IMG/VR virus record: IMGVR_UViG_3300025012_000065
Strand: one strand, 5' to 3'
Source of the DNA: an uncultured virus (IMG/VR IMGVR_UViG_3300025012_000065)
Taxonomy: Duplodnaviria > Heunggongvirae > Uroviricota > Caudoviricetes
DNA length: 64,000 nucleotides
Shown here: positions 57,201-64,000 of the stretch, in pieces
Layout: each line of letters opens with the position of its first letter
How positions within the stretch are numbered: the first letter of the stretch is position 1
Notes under the pieces: model-generated
The model's input: the letters and a program-made list of their open reading frames with translations, nothing else
Databases searched by the model: none
Told to the model about the DNA's origin: nothing
Position numbers and translations under genes: made by a program

Positions 57201-60200
57201 AAAGTAGTACTGCTGCGCCAAGTGCTAGTAACACGGGAACTAACGGCGCTAAAATAAGAGCGGATAATCCTAGTACCGCAAATACGCCCACTAAAGCAAT
57301 CAGACTTTTACCAATTTGAGCTAAGGACATTGCTCCTAATGTTTGCATGACTGTCGCTAAGACGGTAAGGGCCCCTGAAATAATTAACAATGCTGCAGCG
57401 CCTGCTAAGGACGTTGTCATTAAGGCCATTGTCGCCGCGATGATAATTAACGCACCACCCAATACAGTAAGACCTCTGGCGATCTCGTCCCACGTCATAC
57501 CACCCATAGTTTGTAATGCTCTTGATAGAATAACCAAGGCAGCCGCGATGGCTATAAGCCCAACGCCTGTGAATACCATTCCTTTAGGCATTAATCTAAC
57601 GGCAATAGTTACTGCAGCCAATGCTCCCGCCATTGCAAGTAGACCTTTTTGGAGTTGTTCAACGGACATATTTCCAAGAACGCCAATGGCTTGGGCAAAT
57701 ATAAGCATTGCTTGTCCCAGAATCAGTAACCCAAGGGCTGTAGCGATTACGTTCTTAGCGTTGCCTGTAAGCTTAGTAAATATAGCAAGTTCAAGAAGAA
57801 CTGTAACAACTGCACCTAAACCCTTGATTAATGTATTAACGTCTAATGCTGCAAATGCTGTTACGGCAGTTGCTAACATAATTATAGCCTGAGCCAGAGC
57901 AATAAGTCCGAGGCTGCTACTTAGACCCATACCTTTACCGCTTGTCAACTTCATAAATATACCTAACTCAAGAACCAGCACACCAACTGAGCCTAAACCT
58001 TTAGCTAGAGACTTCATATCAATAGCTCCTAATTTTATAACTGCGTCAGCAAGCATGTTTAACGCAACCGCAAATAATATAAGACCTACACTACTGGATA
58101 CCATTTTAGACGACGCTTTTGAAAGCCCTGCTGAGGTGGCGACTAATATTACACAAAGCGCAGCTATAGCGGTAAGACCTTTGGCTATTTCTTCCCAATT
58201 GAGTTTTGCTAATTTTCCCATAGCGACAGCTAGAATAAGAATGGCGATGCCTAGTCCTTGCATGGCTGCGATTAGCTTGAACGTAGCGATTATACCAGGT
58301 CCTCCAGCAATTTTGCCAAGCAGACCCATAGCCACGAATAGCTCAGTCAGTAAAGTACCTATGGCTACCAATGAAGAAGTTAGTTTTTCCGAATCGATTA
58401 ACGAAATAGCAACTAAAGCCGCAGCCAAAATAGCAATAGAAATCGCGATACTCTTTATTATTTTTGCTTGTAACTCTTGCTGCCACAATCTAAGACTGGC
58501 TCTGACTCCGTTAAAGACTCCGGTAATGTTTTGTAAGAAGCCACCCTTGGTTGCTATGTTCGTTATGGAATATATATACTTGTTTAGTCCGATTAGTATG
58601 CCTGCAAACAAGGTTCCGTTTATCATGTCAAATATAGCTTTAAAGTTACCGGCTTTGAGGGTGTTTAGTATGATGTCTCCGAACTGATTAAGTGCTTCAC
58701 CGGCAATAGTGGCAAGCTTACCAAACACGGGGAACATAGTTTTAAACGCCGTAACTAGTTTAGATAGGGCTTGATGTAATAAGTCAAGTACTTTGTTTAA
58801 TCCAGCAAACCTAGCGGACACTCTACCTGTAAACTTATCTCCGTCACCGGCATCGTTGTTCCATAGAGCTTTGAATGCCTCTGTCAAGGCCGTCAGTGCG
58901 TCAGCAATAAAGTTAGCGACCGGGGTTATAACTGATGCTAGAAAAGTAATCGCTTCGTTAAATATAGTAGAAGACTTTACTGATTGGTCTACTGCTACAA
59001 GGAATCGACCAATGGCAGCTGTTATATACAGTAGTCTATCTGCTATTGGTAGTAAAGGGGCTGCCATGTAAGCTACAGCTTTGCCGAATGCAAGGAGGAT
59101 TAGTAAACCCGTATTTAGTACGGCGAATACTCCCTTGAATGTGTCTTTAATATTGGAGGCTTGTGTGTCTCCCATTTTGAATTTATCGGTTAGATCCTTG
59201 AGTCCGCCCGTAAAGAATAACAGTTGAGTGACAGTTGCTGCTGGAAAGATCTCTTGAAAAGCATCTTTGATGGGTTTTAAAATGCTATATAAGCCTTTAG
59301 TGACATTGTGTACTGACTGAAGTACATTTACTAATGGTCCAAAATTTTTGATATCTAATTTATCAATGATCCCTTTGCTTAATCCAGTAGTAACGGTATT
59401 AAATACACCAATCAACGGTTTAAGAGCCGTATGTACATTATTGATAACCGGTCGTAACGCGTTTAAAATGTCACGTAGATTATCGAATGCCACAGCGGCT
59501 ACGTCTGCGCCTATACGACCCAAAGCCGATTTTACATTAGCTAGTGCTCCGGTAAATAGTTTATTAGCATCTTTAGCATGTGCCCCAAAAGCATCGTCCA
59601 TAGCATCTGAGAATATTTTGAAACTGATCTTACCATCGCTCACCATCTCACGAACTTCGGCTTCACTTTTATTTAAAGCTTTAGCTAGAGTTGCTGCCGC
59701 GTTAACACCGCTACTCGATAGTTGTAAAAGATCGTTACCCATTAGTCGCCCATTACCAGCGACCCCTACAAAGATTCGACCTATATCAGAATATTCCCTA
59801 CCAGTCATTGCCGCGACACCTGAAACAGCTCTCAAGGACGAGTACATTGCGTCTCCGGCTCTCATGCCGGATGCTCCGAGCTGAGAAGCTACCATCGCAG
59901 CGTCGGCAAGACCATACGCAGTCCCGCTTACTGCATCATTTGCATTTTTCATCGTGGCTTCTATATCCATACCAAGACCTTCGAATTGGAACTTAGCTTG
60001 GGCTATAGCCAGTGCTCTCTTTTTACCACCTTCAATGAGGGGTCCAGTTATAGCGCCCGCTAATTTTCCGCTCATATCGATAGCGGCATTAGTAAGATTG
60101 TGAATCACAGTCATACCGGCAATACCCATAGTCGAGAACCTATCGACGAGCTGTTGCACTCCTGCGCCTATTCCCGCTAAAGAGAAATTATCACCAGTGA

Positions 60201-60348
60201 TTTGAAGGCCTTGTAGTGCTTTAGTTGCGGCGTCTAAATTAAGTCCTTTTTTTAGACCCTCAATTGCCTGCATACTATCTTGTACATTAGCTTGAAAATG
60301 TTCATTTTTAAACTGCATTTCTATAATGCGAGTATCAACAGCGTTCAT
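54253..60348 (-). CDS. tape measure protein
   Basis: ~2030 aa, Ala/Gly-rich amphipathic repeats, tape-measure N-domain, LGI.SPS motifs. Confidence 0.95.
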   Translation of the reverse strand: MNAVDTRIIEMQFKNEHFQANVQDSMQAIEGLKKGLNLDAATKALQGLQITGDNFSLAGIGAGVQQLVDRFSTMGIAGMTVIHNLTNAAIDMSGKLAGAITGPLIEGGKKRALAIAQAKFQFEGLGMDIEATMKNANDAVSGTAYGLADAAMVASQLGASGMRAGDAMYSSLRAVSGVAAMTGREYSDIGRIFVGVAGNGRLMGNDLLQLSSSGVNAAATLAKALNKSEAEVREMVSDGKISFKIFSDAMDDAFGAHAKDANKLFTGALANVKSALGRIGADVAAVAFDNLRDILNALRPVINNVHTALKPLIGVFNTVTTGLSKGIIDKLDIKNFGPLVNVLQSVHNVTKGLYSILKPIKDAFQEIFPAATVTQLLFFTGGLKDLTDKFKMGDTQASNIKDTFKGVFAVLNTGLLILLAFGKAVAYMAAPLLPIADRLLYITAAIGRFLVAVDQSVKSSTIFNEAITFLASVITPVANFIADALTALTEAFKALWNNDAGDGDKFTGRVSARFAGLNKVLDLLHQALSKLVTAFKTMFPVFGKLATIAGEALNQFGDIILNTLKAGNFKAIFDMINGTLFAGILIGLNKYIYSITNIATKGGFLQNITGVFNGVRASLRLWQQELQAKIIKSIAISIAILAAALVAISLIDSEKLTSSLVAIGTLLTELFVAMGLLGKIAGGPGIIATFKLIAAMQGLGIAILILAVAMGKLAKLNWEEIAKGLTAIAALCVILVATSAGLSKASSKMVSSSVGLILFAVALNMLADAVIKLGAIDMKSLAKGLGSVGVLVLELGIFMKLTSGKGMGLSSSLGLIALAQAIIMLATAVTAFAALDVNTLIKGLGAVVTVLLELAIFTKLTGNAKNVIATALGLLILGQAMLIFAQAIGVLGNMSVEQLQKGLLAMAGALAAVTIAVRLMPKGMVFTGVGLIAIAAALVILSRALQTMGGMTWDEIARGLTVLGGALIIIAATMALMTTSLAGAAALLIISGALTVLATVMQTLGAMSLAQIGKSLIALVGVFAVLGLSALILAPLVPVLLALGAAVLLLGIGCLAVGAGLTLFSVALTALSVALTASGGAIALFITSIVGLLPMLLSQLRVTLVTLCEVLAATAPAFVDALVIVVSALVDGLIRIIPKLLEGLSVVLKSVLDFLVKSIPMIVDAGMKLVMGLLKGILDNIGKILVVGTLIIIEFLKGVADKLPAVIQAAFEVIISFINGLADAIRTNGAEITSAVGNLVDAIIGAIGGAIDKFIEAGGNLIGGFIKGMRDKISDAASFAANMGATVLQAAKNALGIRSPSKYFDKEVGQMVGVGMANGLKASTSEAVGAGDAMSKAVYDNATDARIKAEHEAYRSQNDVYASQKDMAKKEQAIGKTKQAQGQSNFDKSIEWIDEHKYYNTLSLQEELAAWQKIQKTYSEGSEERKKADREVYRLRKEMVSAEFNAMVKNMDDLKYYKKLSVADELATWEAAQKKYLDGTDERIRADKEVYRIKDQIRKDDFDVGVKTIDEYKYYNKLGLEDELYAWQRLQKKHANGSDERIRADKEVYRIEQNINDLNESYSQRSLDLETSINDERMRLEDEYYAKTQSTNEKLIADIASVNKEYEDALDSRSKTIYGTYGLFDKVASKKRVSGVSLIKNLQSQAADLNEWRQSLTDLSRKGISSDLIDELKAMGPSASAQIAALNTLSASELTTYVSLWQNKHQDAKTQAVAELKDMRSSTVSQISTLKKEASKELTSYRTMWNDQMVALNADADVQLSALNSEWSTKLGTLRTASQTEFKAMSTDIATTVTELRVNVETEFTTLASGIQTVMSAPDWAGVGINIIQGMINGINSKSAALAQEVARTALQALNSAKSALGIKSPSKAFEEVGMYSALGFAGGLKAYSDVASVEAVNVGKRAVSALTGAVAGIADIINSDMDIQPTIRPVLDLTDVSSGLSSAFNKSQSINVGSITSKTASISNLDANRRMNANQNGSNTTVTNSTPESNVSGLVLKIENFINNRAQDTKALMEELEFYRKQVVIGRGGN

Positions 60349-60731
60349 TTTTGGGTTACCTCCTTCCATGCTTCATCTGCAAAGCCATCAAACACAGATT
60401 GAATTGCCGGATTTATATAGTCTCGTCCTTGTACGTAACTTCCGTTTTTAGTACCATGCCCGTATTGTAAAAGTATGGCAATAAGGACTCCGTCCACAGC
60501 ATTCGAGTTGGTCCAATATATTTTCAAAGTACCTTTGGATATCTTTATCTGATAATCCCAGCACTGACTTGTCAAACCAGTATCAACAGGGGTGGCCGAA
60601 GCAAGAGCTAAAACACCCATTTGTCCGTACTTTTTTAGTATATCTAAGTAGTCAAGTCTTTCGGCTATTTTAAGAAATCTGTCAGTATTCTTAAAGTCTC
60701 CGCTTTGTTTGAACGTAATCATGTAGCTCAC
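60345..60731 (-). CDS. HK97 gp10-like tail/neck protein
   Basis: ATPVDTG...W...LQYGHGT..G.YV.G.DYINPA. Confidence 0.7.
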   Translation of the reverse strand: MSYMITFKQSGDFKNTDRFLKIAERLDYLDILKKYGQMGVLALASATPVDTGLTSQCWDYQIKISKGTLKIYWTNSNAVDGVLIAILLQYGHGTKNGSYVQGRDYINPAIQSVFDGFADEAWKEVTQK

Positions 60732-60755
60732 CTCTCACTTCAGTTATCCCGTTGA

Positions 60756-61295
60756 TTATCCCTTAGTGTTCATTGATTTTCGACGTGATTCATTAAGGGT
60801 TTTGTTTCTACTGATGAGTTCTTTTTTACTCATCTTACCGGCAGGTTGATTCTTTATATTACAAACATTAATTAAAGTTAATAATCGGTTAAGATGCCAC
60901 TTTTGACATTCAAAAGGAATGGTCATGGATATCATCCAGTAGTATATGATTTCGGCCGTAATTATCTCTCGATTAAGTGTCTTCTTTTCGTTGGAGAATA
61001 TGGTTGCAGTCATCGGGGTTTCTATGTATTGACTGACTTGGGCAACGTTCTGATCGGTAATATAGGCATAGACGCTAGGGTCAACATTTTGGGTCAGAGT
61101 CATACACCTGACATAATCGGTTGATTCTTCGAACGTTTTTGACTCTTTGGATAAGAACGGTTTACACCACTTCGACTCCCATTTTGAAAGTGAGACCAAG
61201 GAATGTTCCAGCTGCAATACTTGTTCTTTTGTTGTGATGAACTCGTCGTTAATCTCGTCGTATTGTTCGACAGCAGGTATTATAAGCTTTAACAT
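60756..61295 (-). CDS. probable tail assembly chaperone
   Basis: position between the major tail and tape measure genes. Confidence 0.6.
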   Translation of the reverse strand: MLKLIIPAVEQYDEINDEFITTKEQVLQLEHSLVSLSKWESKWCKPFLSKESKTFEESTDYVRCMTLTQNVDPSVYAYITDQNVAQVSQYIETPMTATIFSNEKKTLNREIITAEIIYYWMISMTIPFECQKWHLNRLLTLINVCNIKNQPAGKMSKKELISRNKTLNESRRKSMNTKG

Positions 61296-61311
61296 TCCTG
61301 GTCCTCCTATT

Positions 61312-61692
61312 CTATACTGTTAATTTTGGCTGTGCGATTGTGGGAGTAATCCCGTTAACAAAAGCTGCGGCAGAGTCGGCATTCGTAGCCAGCTCCATAA
61401 ATAGAACACTATATGCTTCAGTCTGGGCGAAAGAATCACTGATCTCTTGACTTTTCTTAAACCGCTTCCCATCAACAGACTTCTCACCATAGGCCTTGAG
61501 GATTAGATCTTTGAAGATCTCGATAACCCGTTTAGTATCCTCTGCGGCGATAATACTTTCGATAGTCTTCACTAAACCACCATTGTGGGACATCTCCATC
61601 TCTGTTAGTTCGGCTTTATTAAGATTGAAGTAGAAATCCTCAGTTCTTGTGTTCCCATCATAATCTTCATAGGTAATTTTCTTCTTTAACAT
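61312..61692 (-). CDS. probable tail assembly chaperone
   Basis: position; MLKKKITYEDYDG..RTEDFYFNL. Confidence 0.65.
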   Translation of the reverse strand: MLKKKITYEDYDGNTRTEDFYFNLNKAELTEMEMSHNGGLVKTIESIIAAEDTKRVIEIFKDLILKAYGEKSVDGKRFKKSQEISDSFAQTEAYSVLFMELATNADSAAAFVNGITPTIAQPKLTV

Positions 61693-61716
61693 GGTATCAT
61701 GGTCCCCTTTCAAATT

Positions 61717-61760
61717 AAAAAGAGGGCCCTCATGTTACAGAGAGCCCAAGTAGGAGGGCT
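61717..61760 (-). terminator. intrinsic terminator-like hairpin, copy 1
   Basis: GGGCTCTC-TGTAACAT-GAGGGCCC-TCTTTTT. Confidence 0.7.
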
Positions 61761-61762
61761 AA

Positions 61763-62785
61763 TTAATAGGCCGTCCCAAGAGAAATACGGCGCCAGTTTT
61801 TGCCGGATGTAGTATTATCGGCCACAAGTTTGTATAGGTAGGTAGCGTCCGCCATTCCTTGACCAGCAACACCAACCGTACCGTCTATTCCACCTGTTAG
61901 TAAAAGGGCACCGGCTGTGAAAGCTCCATTAGTCATGGTTTCGCCAATAATAATAGCGTTACCAATAACGCCTGCGACGTCCGCAGTTAAATCCACCGTG
62001 TCTCCAGCGCCATCAACAGCACCTACTCCTTGGGTATCAGATGCGGTAATGGCTGCGACAAGAGCCGTTATTGCATTAGCGGCTATGCAATCTGCTCCTG
62101 ATCCTAGAGTAACAGCACCAAAGACATTTGTCACGGCATTAAATGTTTCAGTAGTAGCAATAGTGTCTCCGGCGACACCGCCTACTAATGCAGTGATGGC
62201 ACAATCGTTTACTACGAATACCCCAGCGGTTACCAATGGGTGTGGAGGGTTAAATGCGTCAGTTCCGTTTATAGCGGCAACGATCGCGATTTTAGCACTT
62301 GGTAAATCTGTACCAATATTGATTTCTCCATCCACAGCGGCAGTACCATCAGCAACAAAAGTATACACCTTTGTCCCGATGGTCATCGTATCGGTAACCG
62401 TCGGTTGTGTATCCACGGTTAATACTATAGATGATTTAGTTGTTGACGCTGTGATATTAACCGGAATATTTGTTGGAGTAGTTTTAGTCTGGGCGGTATC
62501 GGCTAAGAATTCATAAACGTCAACGCCTGCAATGGCGGGATTATTAATCGTTACCGTTTCACCATCAATAACAACGCCTGTTACCGCCAGGGTTTTTGCC
62601 GCGTTCGCTGCATTCACAGGAGTGCCCGAAGTGGTATATCCACTATTTATAGCAGTGATCATTTCTTGAATTTTGGCACCAAAACCCTCAGGCGAGTTCA
62701 TATTAAGATGGGTGATATGCCGAATTTGAGAAGCGGTTAAATTTTCCATTATTTCCATCCTTTCTAAATAAAAGAGGGCTCTCAT
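61763..62785 (-). CDS. Thr/Ala/Gly-rich structural (decoration/tail-associated) protein with internal repeats
   Basis: beta-rich composition; repeated ..G.T.TI....Y.F...IVAAI...TA..GV.G..I...ET units. Confidence 0.65.
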   Translation of the reverse strand: MRALFYLERMEIMENLTASQIRHITHLNMNSPEGFGAKIQEMITAINSGYTTSGTPVNAANAAKTLAVTGVVIDGETVTINNPAIAGVDVYEFLADTAQTKTTPTNIPVNITASTTKSSIVLTVDTQPTVTDTMTIGTKVYTFVADGTAAVDGEINIGTDLPSAKIAIVAAINGTDAFNPPHPLVTAGVFVVNDCAITALVGGVAGDTIATTETFNAVTNVFGAVTLGSGADCIAANAITALVAAITASDTQGVGAVDGAGDTVDLTADVAGVIGNAIIIGETMTNGAFTAGALLLTGGIDGTVGVAGQGMADATYLYKLVADNTTSGKNWRRISLGTAY

Positions 62786-62812
62786 ATTTCAGAGAACCCA
62801 GTTGAGGAGGCG
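62770..62812 (-). terminator. intrinsic terminator-like hairpin, copy 2
   Basis: GGGTTCTC-TGAAATAT-GAGAGCCC-TCTTTT. Confidence 0.7.
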
Positions 62813-62845
62813 TTTAGACTGTGTTATTAGCACAGGACCAATTAA

Positions 62846-63799
62846 TTAAGCAGTCGTGAATTTCTTGACCACAGGAGCGAGTGTTTGACCATAGATATCG
62901 GTCGCCAAACTAATCACAACAAGATAAGACGTAGCCGCTGTAAGGTTGACTGTTGGATCGATAGTGAGTACTTTTCCAGCAACGTCCCAAGTCTTCGTTG
63001 CTGCTACGAGCACTCCAGCTTGTGAGGTTAGAACGATTGACGAAGCGGCTATTTTGTTATTGAACGTGAGAACAACGTCCGCAGAAACAACAACCGCTGT
63101 AGCTGCGTCAGCAGGAACAATAGTCAACGCTAGTGTTGTTGGTGCTTCAGATCCAAATATAGCTGCGATTTCATCTGGGAATGGAAGACGTGGATCGACG
63201 CCAACACTACCATAAATAATTGACTCAAGTGTGGCAAGTTTGGTCGAGTCCACTTTTGTGGAGTCAATTGTTAAGGATGCCGTTGGTCTTTTCCCAGTAA
63301 CTTCTACCGGAGTCGTAGTTACTGCCCATGAAAACGTGATGGCTTCAGGAGCATCGTTAACTGTAGCATAGCCCTTCTCCGAAGGAGCTGCCATAGCACC
63401 ATAAATCAAATGTAACTTATAACCGTGTTCGCTACCGGCAGTATCATTGCCGAGTTCAGTTCGATAACTGAGACCAAATCCTTTTCGGAGCTGCTGATTA
63501 ACCATTACCCCAACTGATAGTTCTGCTGATCCATCACAAATCGCAAACTCGTCAGGATATGTGTAGGCTTCTACCGTGGCCCCAAATTCCTCGGCGGACA
63601 TCAGATTAAGATACTTGATGTTATCGGCATAAATAGGAGTCGGTTCTGCCCCAGAAGGACTTTCGGTAACAGCCGTTAGACCGTTCCAAACGACGCCTAG
63701 CGGATAAACGCCATTTGTATCCTGGGGGTAGAGAACCCCATTACTCACACCAGTTTCATAGAACTTTTTACCAACTTCATCCCAAATAAGTTTAGCCAT
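62846..63799 (-). CDS. major tail protein with C-terminal Ig-like domain
   Basis: YETGV..GVLY, WNGLTAVTESPSGAE...YADN; C-terminal PAD.AT.V....VVLTFN Ig-like module. Confidence 0.85.
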   Translation of the reverse strand: MAKLIWDEVGKKFYETGVSNGVLYPQDTNGVYPLGVVWNGLTAVTESPSGAEPTPIYADNIKYLNLMSAEEFGATVEAYTYPDEFAICDGSAELSVGVMVNQQLRKGFGLSYRTELGNDTAGSEHGYKLHLIYGAMAAPSEKGYATVNDAPEAITFSWAVTTTPVEVTGKRPTASLTIDSTKVDSTKLATLESIIYGSVGVDPRLPFPDEIAAIFGSEAPTTLALTIVPADAATAVVVSADVVLTFNNKIAASSIVLTSQAGVLVAATKTWDVAGKVLTIDPTVNLTAATSYLVVISLATDIYGQTLAPVVKKFTTA

Positions 63800-63814
63800 G
63801 TTGTCGTTCCTCCT

Positions 63815-64000
63815 TTAATAATATAATGTGTACACGTCGTGGTTTAGATTGTCTTTCTTGAAATGGGTACTGAATGAGCATAGCGGTAGAAGCATGACCT
63901 TATCTGGGATTAGACTATCAGGATTCTTGTCAATGACCGTTACCTGATACCTTTTTTTGTGGTTGTATAGGACGCCATCCGCAAACTTGGCGGATACAGA
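63815..64000 (-). CDS. 3' end of a probable tail terminator/completion protein (truncated by the window)
   Basis: ...RYQVTVIDKNPDS...HFKKDNLNHDVYTLYY*. Confidence 0.6.
   Translation of the reverse strand, partial: SVSAKFADGVLYNHKKRYQVTVIDKNPDSLIPDKVMLLPLCSFSTHFKKDNLNHDVYTLYY

Noticed and set aside
60756..61713. Programmed frameshift between tail chaperones
   Set aside because: No clear slippery heptamer at the end of the first ORF, and the second ORF has its own GGAGG RBS
56200..63215. Plus-strand ORFs in the ORF track (here and throughout the window)
   Set aside because: They are antisense shadows of long minus-strand genes, without RBS or recognisable motifs

Overview
This window is ~64 kb of a tailed (siphovirus-like) phage genome, probably from a Firmicutes/clostridial host (GGAGG RBSs, TATAAT -10 boxes, Amidase_3 lysin, XkdX-, BppU- and GerMN-like proteins). 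Essentially all real genes are on the minus strand. In transcription order (right to left): tail module (major tail protein, chaperones, tape measure, Dit, Tal, a papain-like protease, a 1710-aa fibre); lysis genes; a ~12 kb array (29-41 kb) of self-contained promoter-gene-terminator cassettes; many small, often paralogous, middle genes; a replication module (ATP-dependent ligase, iteron-like repeats, a helicase-primase-PolB fusion, SSB, SF2 helicase, VRR-NUC and PD-(D/E)XK nucleases); and a 954-aa protein with a DFDGD RNA-polymerase catalytic motif plus four HTH motifs. The most notable system: ~28 copies of a promoter (minus strand CTCGCG-N14-TATAAT, often fused to the previous cassette's terminator) drive small membrane proteins, a stand-alone copy of the polymerase's N-terminal double HTH, and at least 8 small non-coding RNAs. 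These RNAs include two degenerate tRNA-like RNAs and two paralogous circularly permuted tRNA-elbow mimics with compensatory changes, including at the position equivalent to the 19:56 tertiary pair. All family assignments come from motifs recognised by eye, not from database searches.
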